Source: an uncultured bacterium (GTDB taxonomy: Bacteria; CSSED10-310; CAZUFC01). From it: a stretch of DNA of 64,000 bases. Positions 26,286 through 36,425 of the stretch are shown here, one piece after another. Positions within the stretch are counted from its first letter, which is position 1. The number at the start of each line of letters is the position of its first letter. The translations under genes and the position numbers were made by a program. Where the stretch lies: assembly GCA_964619725.1 (NCBI GenBank), contig CAZUFC010000004.1, positions 1 to 64,000 of the forward strand, written 5' to 3'. A model generated the notes under the pieces. That model had not been told where the DNA came from. It was given only the letters and a program-made list of their open reading frames with translations, and made no database searches.

Positions 26286-28061
26286 TTGAGTTCTCTGTTT
26301 CAAGTTTATAAAATCGTATATGGCTTTATGAGCGTTTCGATCATGATGAGAGCGACATTACACATCTTTTTATTTTTAACTGTCTGTGTTTCAACTGAGC
26401 TTTCGGTTTTTTCAAAACAAGAAGAAATAACGCCCGGAGAACAGTTAGCATCGGAGAACATATGGGTTTTTTGTGATGAGAAAAGCGATATTTTTATTAA
26501 GGCGCAACCGCTGCCGGGAGAAAAATGTTCGAAATTCATGCAAAGATTACTGAATATTGAAGGGTCATGTAAAAAGATAAAGCGATATTTGAGTGAGAAG
26601 GACAAGGAATCGGGATTAAGTTTTCAATTTCCGTTATCCGTAACGTCTCCTCGAATAAGGCGAATGGTCTTGAAAGATGTTTTTCCCAGGGATTATTGGC
26701 ATGGAAATGAATATGTGCATGAACTCGTTTTCGAATGGGGAGAAAAACCGGGAGAAACTTTATGGAAAATAGCAAAATGGTTTACCGGGGATTCGCGGAA
26801 TTTTGAGATGATAAGGACATATAACAGTCTGGAGAGTGACGTGCTGGAAAAAGGCGTGAAGATACGGATTCCGAATCATCTGGTATCCGGTTTTCTTTGG
26901 CCCGGCTGGCAGCACGCTTCGTATGAAATAGACGATTTAAAATTTGTGGAGGATGCAAAAGGCAAATATGCGGCCTATCGTTTAAAAAAAGGGGAAGCCC
27001 TTTACAGCAGTGTAATACTGAAGTATACGGACAGGATAAATTATGATGATGTGATGGAGGCGGCTGAAATCATCAAGAAACGAAGCGCCATCGAAGACGT
27101 TAAAAACATTCCGATCGGATATGAGATCAAGATACCAGTTGATTTAATCTCGTATCGATATCTGCCGCCGTCCTTTTCGGACCGAATTAGATATGAAAGA
27201 ATGAAAAACGAATCACTGCGTTACCGGAAGAATGTATTTTCGAAGAATCTGAAAGAGGTCGTCATATTGCTGGATGCCGGGCATGGAGGACCGGACCCCG
27301 GCGCCGTGGGCGTATGCGGAATTTGTGAAGATGAGTATGCCTATGATCTGATGTGCCGCATCAAAGGCTGCATAGAGAGAAACAGTAAGGCGAGAGTCGT
27401 TCCGCTCGTCAAAGACTGGGTGTCCGAATATAGGATTCGGCAGTTGGAGGAGCTCGCTCAGGATCATTCAGAGTTTATACTGAGCGTTCCGCCATATTCG
27501 GGAGACGATACGACCATAGCCGTGAATCTCAGATGGATGCTGGCCAATCAGCTTTATGATGACTTAATACGGCAAAATTATGATTCCGAAAAAATTGTTT
27601 TTGTTTCCATACACGCAGATTCAAGGCATCCGAGTTCTTACGGCGCTATGCTTTATGTGCCGGGGGCCATGTTGAGGGCTAAAAAATGGAAGGGGAATAC
27701 AGAGAGTTATCGAAATTTCAAACTGACCAAAAAGTCCTACAATAAAAAAATTAAACGTGAAGAATCTCTGAAGTCGCAGCGTCTTTCGCTGGATTTCGCT
27801 GAAGAGGTTAAAAACTCGTTTTTACGTTGGAACATTCATATGCATGACCCAAGGCCTATTAGAGATTCGGTTATTCGCAAAGGAAAGCGGTGGCTGCCCG
27901 CCGTCCTGAAATACAACAGGATACCAACCGCAATATTGCTGGAAACCGTCAATCTCAGAAACCAACAGGATTGCAGAAAAATGAAATGCCCGGATTACCG
28001 CAATAAAATGGCTGAAGCTTTTACTGAAGCTCTCATCAACTATTTTGAGGAATCAAAATGA
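26286..28061 (+). CDS. N-acetylmuramoyl-L-alanine amidase (Amidase_3) with LysM-like domains
   Basis: ILLDAGHGGPDPGA, E, VSIHADS, ILLETVNL; LysM-like KPGETLWKIA and KKGEALYS; true start probably ATG 26328-26346. Confidence 0.85.
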   Translation: MSSLFQVYKIVYGFMSVSIMMRATLHIFLFLTVCVSTELSVFSKQEEITPGEQLASENIWVFCDEKSDIFIKAQPLPGEKCSKFMQRLLNIEGSCKKIKRYLSEKDKESGLSFQFPLSVTSPRIRRMVLKDVFPRDYWHGNEYVHELVFEWGEKPGETLWKIAKWFTGDSRNFEMIRTYNSLESDVLEKGVKIRIPNHLVSGFLWPGWQHASYEIDDLKFVEDAKGKYAAYRLKKGEALYSSVILKYTDRINYDDVMEAAEIIKKRSAIEDVKNIPIGYEIKIPVDLISYRYLPPSFSDRIRYERMKNESLRYRKNVFSKNLKEVVILLDAGHGGPDPGAVGVCGICEDEYAYDLMCRIKGCIERNSKARVVPLVKDWVSEYRIRQLEELAQDHSEFILSVPPYSGDDTTIAVNLRWMLANQLYDDLIRQNYDSEKIVFVSIHADSRHPSSYGAMLYVPGAMLRAKKWKGNTESYRNFKLTKKSYNKKIKREESLKSQRLSLDFAEEVKNSFLRWNIHMHDPRPIRDSVIRKGKRWLPAVLKYNRIPTAILLETVNLRNQQDCRKMKCPDYRNKMAEAFTEALINYFEESK

Positions 28062-28990
28062 GAAAAATTCATGGCATAAGCCGACGAATATTTACCCGAA
28101 CGCTCTTAGCCACAACGATTTTTGTTCTCTTTTGTTTTCATTTTCGAGAAACTCGAGGTGATTTACAAGACGTCTATAAAAAAACGACGAACCAGGGCGA
28201 AGTAGTTTGTCGATTCATTGATGTGGGATACGGCCTTTCGATTTTAATTATCGATGAAGCACACAATTGTATTCTAATAGACGGAGGATATGCCCGTTAC
28301 GGAAAAAAAATTAAGAGCATTTTGAGTAAGGAAAAAATAAAAAAAATCAATCTCCTGATCAACACTCATCCTCATCCCGATCACATTGAAGGATTAATTC
28401 CCGTTATCCGACAGTTTCCGGTATCACTCGCTGGAGGCAGTTATCCCCTCGACCATGAACTTGTCCCGCCGGAGTTTACAAAAGCCGTTAAAGAAAAAAA
28501 AATCGAATACAGAACTTTAAGAAGAGGGGACAGCATTTCATTTTCGTCCTCTCTCGTGCTTAACATACTTCATCCGGAACATCTGGAGGAAGATATGAAC
28601 GATTCTTCGCTGGTTATTCAAGTTAAGATAAACCAAATTTCGATGATTCTGGCTTCCGACATCGGCAAAAAGCCTCAAAGAAATTTATCCGAGCTTTTTG
28701 GAAAAAATCTGCACTCTTACCTTGTCCAGATACCTCATCACGGCGGAAAAGGAGATGAATCATTCGCTGAGGAAACAAATCCTCAAATAGCTGTTATCTC
28801 AGTAGGAAAAAATCCCTATGGAAATCCCCACAAGGAGACTCTCGATTGGTACGTCAACAGAGGAGCGGCATTACTGCGAACCGATGCAGTCGGAGACATC
28901 ACTCTGCAGTTTGAATTGGGCGAACCCATGAGCGTCTGTTTGAAAACTTCTGATGCTGAACCGGGCAGAGAAATAGCTGAAACGCTGTAA
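28058..28990 (+). CDS. ComEC/Rec2-type metallo-beta-lactamase fold hydrolase
   Basis: FIDVGYG, LIDGG, THPHPDHIEG, NDSSLV, HHG, ISVGKNPYGNP, RTD. Confidence 0.85.
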   Translation: MRKIHGISRRIFTRTLLATTIFVLFCFHFRETRGDLQDVYKKTTNQGEVVCRFIDVGYGLSILIIDEAHNCILIDGGYARYGKKIKSILSKEKIKKINLLINTHPHPDHIEGLIPVIRQFPVSLAGGSYPLDHELVPPEFTKAVKEKKIEYRTLRRGDSISFSSSLVLNILHPEHLEEDMNDSSLVIQVKINQISMILASDIGKKPQRNLSELFGKNLHSYLVQIPHHGGKGDESFAEETNPQIAVISVGKNPYGNPHKETLDWYVNRGAALLRTDAVGDITLQFELGEPMSVCLKTSDAEPGREIAETL

Positions 28991-29063
28991 TCGGCTGACT
29001 TCTTGTAATATAGATGCAACAGTTTATTCAACAAATAACTAAGCAAGGAAAGGAGGCAATAAC

Positions 29064-30215
29064 TTGAGCTTAAAGAAAAAATATTCCATTCCTTTCAATA
29101 AACCGTCGCTGACCGGACAGGAACTCAAGTATATAAAAGAATCGGTGGAAAGCGGCAAAATATCCGGTGACGGCCTTTTTACAGAAAAATGCCATGAATT
29201 GCTTCAAAATCGTTTCAAAATTAAAAAGGCTCTCTTGACGACTTCATGCACTCATGCCCTGGAAATGTCTGCTCTTCTGCTGAATATCAAGCAGGGCGAC
29301 GAGATTATCGTTCCTTCTTTCACTTTCGTTTCTACCGCCAACGCTTATTATATTTTTGGAGCCCGTCCTGTTTTCGTAGACATTCGGCCGGATACTCTCA
29401 ACATTGATGAGAAGAAAATAGAGCAAAAAATAACCAAAAGAACCAAAGCTATCCTGCCGGTTCATTACGCCGGAATAGGATGCGAAATGGACAGAATTCT
29501 GGATATCGCCCGGAAGTATGACTTGAAAGTCGTTGAAGATGCCGCTCAAGGAGTCAATGCCAGATATTCCGGAAAATACCTGGGAAGCATCGGACATCTT
29601 GGAGCATACAGCTTTCATGAAACAAAGAATTTTATTTGCGGCGAAGGCGGAGCTTTGATTATTAATGATGACGAATTCATGGAGCGAGCTGAAATTATTA
29701 GAGAAAAAGGAACAAACAGAAGCCAGGTTTTCAGAGGGGAAGCCGACAAATACACCTGGCTTGACCGAGGCAGTTCATACTTGCCTTCGGATATCGTTGC
29801 AGCCTTTCTTTTTGCTCAATTGCAGAAAATGGACGATATCACGAAAAAAAGAAACCATATCTATCAGCGATACGTGGAAAGATTGTCGCCGCTCGAAAAT
29901 GAAGGGTTGATTAAATTGCCATACATTCCGCCGTGCTGCGAGACAAATTTTCACCTTTTCTATTTATTGCTCCCGAACAAAAAAATCAGAGACGACTTAA
30001 TAGTTTTTTTGGCAGACAGAGATATATTAGCCCTTTTTCATTATCTTCCCCTTCATCTCTCTCCAATAGGCCTGCAACTGGGATACGCAGTCGGAGACTG
30101 TCCGGTTACGGAGGATGTTTGTGATCGGCTTCTTCGTTTGCCTTTTTACAATACCCTGACCGAAGAAGAACAAAACTACGTGATCGATTCGATTTCTAAA
30201 TGTCTAAAGGGGTGA
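29064..30215 (+). CDS. wecE: dTDP-4-amino-4,6-dideoxygalactose transaminase (DegT family)
   Basis: IPFNKP, SGDG.FT.KC, TSCTHALEM, EDAAQ, SFHETKN..CGEGG, REKGTNR, GSSY. Confidence 0.9.
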   Translation: MSLKKKYSIPFNKPSLTGQELKYIKESVESGKISGDGLFTEKCHELLQNRFKIKKALLTTSCTHALEMSALLLNIKQGDEIIVPSFTFVSTANAYYIFGARPVFVDIRPDTLNIDEKKIEQKITKRTKAILPVHYAGIGCEMDRILDIARKYDLKVVEDAAQGVNARYSGKYLGSIGHLGAYSFHETKNFICGEGGALIINDDEFMERAEIIREKGTNRSQVFRGEADKYTWLDRGSSYLPSDIVAAFLFAQLQKMDDITKKRNHIYQRYVERLSPLENEGLIKLPYIPPCCETNFHLFYLLLPNKKIRDDLIVFLADRDILALFHYLPLHLSPIGLQLGYAVGDCPVTEDVCDRLLRLPFYNTLTEEEQNYVIDSISKCLKG

Positions 30216-30378
30216 AAAGCGCTTTCAAATCGCATTTCATGGCGTTCCAGGAGAGTAGTACGAAGCAAGAGCTTTGATCATGTTTTAAAAATATTTGTGA
30301 AAAGAATTTTTTTCGGGTAAAATAATTTTGATGGAAATGTTGCTCTTTAATGACTCTTCAAGGAAGGTTGAGTTAAAG

Positions 30379-30852
30379 ATGAATGAAAAGGGATACACGC
30401 TGATCGAAATCCTAATCGTCGTTGCAATCATCGGTATACTGGTTACAGGAGCTATTCCGGCATTATTGCGAGCCCGGATGTCCGTCCATGAGATGACGGC
30501 TCAAGCAAATTTAAAAACCATATTGACTGCTCAGACCGATTATTACAACAATTCAAAACCCCACACATACGCCATTGACATGAATTTTCTGGTCACCGGC
30601 TACCATGCCGGCGGCGTGGCGTATCTGCCTGACGGCACATTAGCCGACGGAGTAAAATCGGGTTACACGTATTATCTTGAACCGACCTATACCGTGTCCG
30701 ATGGGTCCTGTCAGCAATTCTACATTACAGCCTGGCCGCTCTTTTATCAGAGCACGGGAATAAGATCTTTTTTCATAGATCAAACAGGCGTGATAAGAGG
30801 GCAGGATATTGGAGGACTGTTGGGCACAGAAAGCATGATGGCCCTTCGATAA
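30379..30852 (+). CDS. Type IV pilin/pseudopilin
   Basis: Class III signal MNEKG|YTLIEILIVVAIIGIL with Glu at +5; ATG 30379 chosen over track start 30328. Confidence 0.88.
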   Translation: MNEKGYTLIEILIVVAIIGILVTGAIPALLRARMSVHEMTAQANLKTILTAQTDYYNNSKPHTYAIDMNFLVTGYHAGGVAYLPDGTLADGVKSGYTYYLEPTYTVSDGSCQQFYITAWPLFYQSTGIRSFFIDQTGVIRGQDIGGLLGTESMMALR

Positions 30853-31060
30853 TTTTAATCCATCAATTAGATTTATTTCATAATTCAGATAATAATTTCG
30901 CTCAGCCCATGAAATCAAAGCAGACTGAATGCTGTCTGTAGGACAGGCTCCATCCGCTGGCCGTGAAGCTTAAAGTGGAGAACCCTTAATTTTATTTGCT
31001 GTTTGTTCTCATCATAAGAAAAAGCGATTTAAGGCAGTCCGTTTTTGAGTTGGATTCCTT

Positions 31061-32830
31061 TTACTGTTTTCTTTGCAATTGAATTAATGCAGCCATGCAC
31101 AGAATGAGGAATATCAATCCTGTTGCGGTTGCAGTAGGGATTTGGGTTGGGATAGAGGGTGTGGCGGTCGGCGTTGAAGTGGCTGGGAGGGTAGGCTGCG
31201 CTGTTGAAGTCCAAGTAGGGGTTGCGGTAGCGGCGCTTGTGGGTGTTGACGTGGGAACCGGCGTAGGGATATAGAGCGTAATGTCGGTCATATCTATGGC
31301 GAGATGGCTGCAATGCGCCTCAATGTCGGGAAAGCTGAAAGAGTTGAAATCAAAAGCCGGCAGGTTATAGGTCATTCCTATCGATGTGTGTTCCCAGGTA
31401 TAGCTTGATCCTGAAGAGGGACCTTCAGGCGCTTCATCAGGCAGGCATGGAACAGTCATGGACAGAGTATCTCCCGGAAGGAGAAATTCCCAGTATATCT
31501 CCTCGCCGTCTGGATTATTCAAACGAATTTTATGAATATCGACGTCAGGACTGCTTGATTCCGGGTTCTGAACATCATTCCATGAAAAAGCGCCGTTTGA
31601 ATAGGAAAGGGTCAACGCTTCGAAGAAAGTAGAAAGAGTTTCCGTATACGTTTGAGAATGAGAGCTTCTATCCATTACTATCATGTAATCATCCGTCGCG
31701 TTCATATCCACTATTGCAGCGGGGAAATATCCCATGCCGGCGAATTCGCCTGAAGCAGCGGTCGTGGTCATAGTTACCTGACCTGCGCAAGGCCCGCTGC
31801 CCTGAGGACAGTCCATAGTATTCAATCCTAAAGACAGGAGTCTGCCCAGGCCGTGCAGATCGTCCAGATCTCCCGCAGAAAAACAATATACGCCGCTGTC
31901 ATCCGGGACGTTATCCAAATTTATGGTCACAGTTTCATTGAGATCAGGATCGACGTTGAGGTCTGCCCCGTAATAATTTCCCGATACTGATACATCAAGA
32001 ATATCCAGTTCCCTCCATTCCAGAAGAGGGATCATATCAACAATCTCACCGCCCTGATTAATGTAATCGAGCAAATCCGCGACCGTCACTCTGCCCGACA
32101 ATGCAGTCAGAGTATATTGTCCCGAGGGCAAATAAAGGTAATAATGGTCCTTGTTGATTTCGACGAATAACTCCCATTGCTGGGGAATAAAAAGATTTGT
32201 CGGCACTTCTACTTCTTCGCTGAGGATTTCAATCGTTTCCATAGGACCCAGGAGGGATTCGAATTTAAAGGTCATGAGGAACTCCATATTGAGCGCCCTG
32301 AGCACGAAGGCCACATCTACATTGCCGTCTCCGTAGTGAAAACTGCCGTTGTTTACGTCTATCCCTGAGACGTAGTCGCCTATTTCATAAATGAACTGAA
32401 ATTGCGTCAGGGGTTTCAACGGTATTACGATATCGTCTGCGTTTACGTCCGCCAATGTGAAAAAAGTATGATTCGAGGCACAGGCGGTTATTGCAACAGG
32501 GCCCTGGAGATCAGGATGGGAAAATTCAATTTCGCCTGTTGATGACGTAAATCCCCAGTTATTGGGAAAAGGATTGTTTTCATGAGGACCAACCATAACG
32601 AAAGCGCCTTCGAAAGCATCCGTGGTTCCATCATGTACGACTTTTATGTTCAGATATCCGTCTATAGGATTGCCTCCTGTACCGCCAAAAGGATCAGTTA
32701 AACTTTTTCCGTCAGCCGGTGATGTAATGTCTCTTGCATGAACGCAATCCATCCTGAAGGTCAGAAAAGAAAAGCAAAGAAAAAAATAGAGCATGAAAAA
32801 AAGTGAAAAAGAGTTTTGATTTCTGGTCAT
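31061..32830 (-). CDS. Secreted acidic protein with Pro/Thr linker and IPTL-CTERM-like C-terminal anchor
   Basis: Signal peptide; GGAGGAGG RBS; C-terminus ...PTATPSIPTQIPTATATGLIFLILCMAALIQLQRKQ. Confidence 0.8.
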   Translation of the reverse strand: MTRNQNSFSLFFMLYFFLCFSFLTFRMDCVHARDITSPADGKSLTDPFGGTGGNPIDGYLNIKVVHDGTTDAFEGAFVMVGPHENNPFPNNWGFTSSTGEIEFSHPDLQGPVAITACASNHTFFTLADVNADDIVIPLKPLTQFQFIYEIGDYVSGIDVNNGSFHYGDGNVDVAFVLRALNMEFLMTFKFESLLGPMETIEILSEEVEVPTNLFIPQQWELFVEINKDHYYLYLPSGQYTLTALSGRVTVADLLDYINQGGEIVDMIPLLEWRELDILDVSVSGNYYGADLNVDPDLNETVTINLDNVPDDSGVYCFSAGDLDDLHGLGRLLSLGLNTMDCPQGSGPCAGQVTMTTTAASGEFAGMGYFPAAIVDMNATDDYMIVMDRSSHSQTYTETLSTFFEALTLSYSNGAFSWNDVQNPESSSPDVDIHKIRLNNPDGEEIYWEFLLPGDTLSMTVPCLPDEAPEGPSSGSSYTWEHTSIGMTYNLPAFDFNSFSFPDIEAHCSHLAIDMTDITLYIPTPVPTSTPTSAATATPTWTSTAQPTLPATSTPTATPSIPTQIPTATATGLIFLILCMAALIQLQRKQ

Positions 32831-33043
32831 GAATTTACCTCCTCCGCTAAAACATAACCCTACTCACCCCAAAGATTTACTTTTACATGAATCACTATGT
32901 CACATTTTTTGATTGAAGTCAAATCAGCCGGGAGGACTTTTTACTCAATGAGCAGTTAAAAATGCAGAATCTCGAATATGCGGAAATATTATTACGAAAG
33001 TTTTTCAGCGACAGTCGATTTGTTCCTCGGTCAGATTTTACGT

Positions 33044-34240
33044 TCAGGCTATTTTCTGTTTGATGACCGATGACAAATTTTGTATGCCTTTTTCAATTTC
33101 ATCCATAGCGGGAAAGGAATAATTAAGTCTTAAAGTATTTTTGCCTGAACTGTCGCAGTGAAATGGCCGTCCGATGACGTATGCGACGTTATTTTCAATG
33201 GCCTGTTTGAGAATTTCAAGGCTGTCGCCGCTTTCGGGGAGGGTAAGCCAGAGGAACATGCCGCCGGTAGGTTTGGACCAGGTGACTTCGGGCGGCATGT
33301 ATTTTTCAAGACATTGCAGCATCAATTCGCATTTCGGCTTATAGCATTTCACGGCTTTCTTGATGGTATCCATCATTTTACCTGTTCGAAAGAACTCGGC
33401 GATGATGAATTGATTGAACGGCGGGGAGCAAAGGTCGACGGACTGTTTGAGCATAACTATTTTATCTATTATTTCTGGTTCTGCGCACAACCAGCCCATT
33501 CTCATACCCGGAAACAGGATTTTAGACAGCGTTTTAAGCATAATAATTCCTTTTCCGCCGGCCAGACTCCAGAGACTTGGAAGCGTCCTGCCGTCAAAGG
33601 ACAATTCCCGATAAGGCGAATCTTCGACAATGGGAATTTTATGTTTCCGTGCTGTTTCGATAAGCTGTTTGCGACGCTCAAGACTCATCGTTATGCCGGA
33701 GGGGTTCTGGTAATCAGGGATAGTATAGATGAATCGGGGCTTTTTCCCTTTTTTGATCTGGTCGTCCAGTAAATTTTGCAGCTCATTTATTTTCATTCCT
33801 TCCTCGTCTAAATGAATGCCCAGCATATCAGCGCCGGCCCGGCGAAAGGCCTGTATGCCCCCCAGGTAGGAGGGAATTTCCATTACGATGGGAGAATTTT
33901 CATCTATGAAAAGCAGTGAAAGCAGGTCCAACGCCTGTTGTGAAGAGGAGGTAACGATGACGTTTCCGGGATCGGCTATATCGTCGTGCTGTTTCATGAA
34001 GTCAATAAAAGCGGCTATGCATTCCTGTTCGCCTTCCGTAGGGCCATACTGCAATGCAAGATACCCTTTTTCTTTTAAAATTTTATCCGCTATTGAAATC
34101 ATATCATCAATGGGGAAAAGCGATGCATCAGGCAAACCGCCTCCGAAAGAAATCACGCCGGGTTTACGGGTCCACTTGAGTATTTCCCGAATTTCAGAAC
34201 GAACGATTCGATTGGCTGTTTTCGAAAAATCCGGAGTCAT
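33044..34240 (-). CDS. PLP-dependent class I aminotransferase (2-aminoadipate/ARO8-like)
   Basis: SEIREIL, ISFGGGLP, ALQYGPTEG, QNPSG, EDSPY, TLSKILFPGMRMGW, GGMFLW, LRLNYS; AAGGAGG RBS before ATG 34240. Confidence 0.9.
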   Translation of the reverse strand: MTPDFSKTANRIVRSEIREILKWTRKPGVISFGGGLPDASLFPIDDMISIADKILKEKGYLALQYGPTEGEQECIAAFIDFMKQHDDIADPGNVIVTSSSQQALDLLSLLFIDENSPIVMEIPSYLGGIQAFRRAGADMLGIHLDEEGMKINELQNLLDDQIKKGKKPRFIYTIPDYQNPSGITMSLERRKQLIETARKHKIPIVEDSPYRELSFDGRTLPSLWSLAGGKGIIMLKTLSKILFPGMRMGWLCAEPEIIDKIVMLKQSVDLCSPPFNQFIIAEFFRTGKMMDTIKKAVKCYKPKCELMLQCLEKYMPPEVTWSKPTGGMFLWLTLPESGDSLEILKQAIENNVAYVIGRPFHCDSSGKNTLRLNYSFPAMDEIEKGIQNLSSVIKQKIA

Positions 34241-34402
34241 GTCGTCCTCCTTTGTATTCTGGATCATTTTATCACTGTGAATGTTAAGCCGGGGACAAAA
34301 AACTCCATCGCTGGATTACCGTTTTTTGATGCCTCCCGATTATTAAGATTAAATAATTGAACGAGAATAGTCAACCTTTGAAGCCATTCCCAATTCTTTG
34401 CT

Positions 34403-36181
34403 TCATTCGAAGTTTTCTTCGAGTAAAGCAAGATTGTGTGCGGCCGATTCATGAGAGGGATTGATGGATAGGCAGAGCTTATAATGCCGGCGTGCTTTAT
34501 CGAGTTTTCCCAAAACTTCAAGCGCTGTGGCAAGATTATAATGCGCTTGCTGTTTTGTTTCTGGAGGCGGCTCCGCTGCAAGTATTTCCGAAAAGACCTC
34601 TGCTGCTTTAGAATACAGGCCTTCCTGATAATATAGAGTGCCGAGAAGTTGCCGTTCATCGAAAAGATAGCGGTCGCAATCCACGGCATCCTGATATTTC
34701 CTTATTGCTTCGCCGGTTATTCCTTTAAACTGGTAATAACGAGCAAGATTGTAATGCCCCAGGTAACTCGCCGGTTCCATTTCAATGGCTGCTTCATACT
34801 CTCTTTTTGCTTTCTCCCATTCTCCAATCTCTTCATATTCCAAGCCCAGGTTGTTATGAGCCAGGTAAGTATCAGAACATTCAGCCGTATTTTTCCAAAA
34901 CACATAAGGGGTAATCCATACCTGGCTTCGCTGATGAGTCTGCCAGGCAAAAAGTACAATAAGACTGAGAAAAATGATGTCTGGCAAATATCGAGCATAG
35001 CTGATCTTCAGATGACTTCGACTCCTTTGCCTGAGTTTATCGTAAGCTGTTGCAAGCAGCATAACGTAACCTGCAGAAGGCATAAAAAGTCTCTGGTCTG
35101 CCAGGGGTCTTATCTCGAAAAATTTCACATTTGAGATGGGAAAAATCGACAGCGCGAGCCAGCCGATCGAGAAAGCCGTTAACTTGAAATTTTTTTTCAA
35201 TGCAAAAAGGAAGGCCAGGCAACTGAGGAAAAGGAAAATGAGAGTAATGAATGTCCCCGAATCAATCACGAAATATTCCGGAGGTAAAGGATAAAGAGCG
35301 CACAAGCGAAAGGGAAAAATGATCTTGCGGAGGTAAAAAATCAAAGTATTTAAAATCAAGGCGATATGTGCTCCAGGAAGCAGATCGCCTTCCCAGGACG
35401 CGTGATTGAAAACTTTTTGGGAAATTAACTCTGACCACAGAAAGAATAGACCAATAGCGACAATCCAAAAAGGCAGAGACAAAATTAAAGCTTTTTTTCG
35501 GAAGTGTTTTTCCGGAAAAATTAAAGCATAGAGAACGATTAAAGGGGGCAGACTTATAGCTGTGGCTTTGGCTGCAAAAGAGAATATATAGGCGGCGATA
35601 CCGAGCGCCCAAAGGGAGAATCGGCTGATAAAAAAATAAAGGAGAGAATTATGGCTGCATCCTCTTGTTTTTTTCTCATATCCGGGAGCTGAAGATTTTT
35701 TTAGAAGATTTATATAGGTAATAAAGGCGATAAGCATAAAAATGAAACAGATCATATTGCTGCGGTTTTTTATCCATGCAACTGTTTCGACATTCAGGGG
35801 ATAAAGAGCGAACAACAGAACGGCCGGAAAAGCTTTTTTGGCATTCCCCATTATAATCGAAAGAAATTTGAAAAGCAGGATCAGGTTAATAACGAACAAA
35901 ATGTTGTTCGTCAAGTGATATCCGAAAGGGTTCAATTTCCAGATGGAATAATCAAGAGCAAAGCTGAAGTCCAGGACGGGTCTGTAGTCCCAGCGCATGT
36001 ACGAATTTATTTTCAGCCATTCGAACGGCTGCAAATAATGAAAGGCGTTTAACAAATTATCCATATGCTCTGGGACTTTTTTAACGATCATGAAATGATC
36101 ATCCCAAATGAATTGTCCTGACAGAAGGGAATCATAGATCAGAAGAGCTGTCACTGCTATGTAAATCGACTTTCTCAGCAT
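34403..36181 (-). CDS. TMTC-like GT-C glycosyltransferase with C-terminal TPRs
   Basis: FIWDD, YRP, GYHLTN, LLFALYPLNVETVAWI..R, AKATA, ADQRLFMPSAG, R..VW, then about 4 TPRs. Confidence 0.85.
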   Translation of the reverse strand: MLRKSIYIAVTALLIYDSLLSGQFIWDDHFMIVKKVPEHMDNLLNAFHYLQPFEWLKINSYMRWDYRPVLDFSFALDYSIWKLNPFGYHLTNNILFVINLILLFKFLSIIMGNAKKAFPAVLLFALYPLNVETVAWIKNRSNMICFIFMLIAFITYINLLKKSSAPGYEKKTRGCSHNSLLYFFISRFSLWALGIAAYIFSFAAKATAISLPPLIVLYALIFPEKHFRKKALILSLPFWIVAIGLFFLWSELISQKVFNHASWEGDLLPGAHIALILNTLIFYLRKIIFPFRLCALYPLPPEYFVIDSGTFITLIFLFLSCLAFLFALKKNFKLTAFSIGWLALSIFPISNVKFFEIRPLADQRLFMPSAGYVMLLATAYDKLRQRSRSHLKISYARYLPDIIFLSLIVLFAWQTHQRSQVWITPYVFWKNTAECSDTYLAHNNLGLEYEEIGEWEKAKREYEAAIEMEPASYLGHYNLARYYQFKGITGEAIRKYQDAVDCDRYLFDERQLLGTLYYQEGLYSKAAEVFSEILAAEPPPETKQQAHYNLATALEVLGKLDKARRHYKLCLSINPSHESAAHNLALLEENFE

Positions 36182-36425
36182 AATCAGTCAACCTTGCATC
36201 ACAGCATGTTATTATGGTTCAAAACGGAACCGAGATCAAGCCGGAGCTTTTTTCAATAATATTGAAATAATTTGACTTGACTACCGATATCTCTAATATT
36301 TAGATAGTGAGAGTCCAGACTTGAAAGCAGAAGCTCGGACGATCACAGAATCGTTTGATCCAGAACAGCGCAAACGAGCGCAGGCTGCTCACGGAAATCT
36401 GGAGAGAAAAAAGGATCATTCATAA

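Noticed and set aside
25715-26286. Possible pseudogene in the long intergenic region
   Set aside because: Manual translation of the frames I tried gave only short stretches with no recognisable similarity
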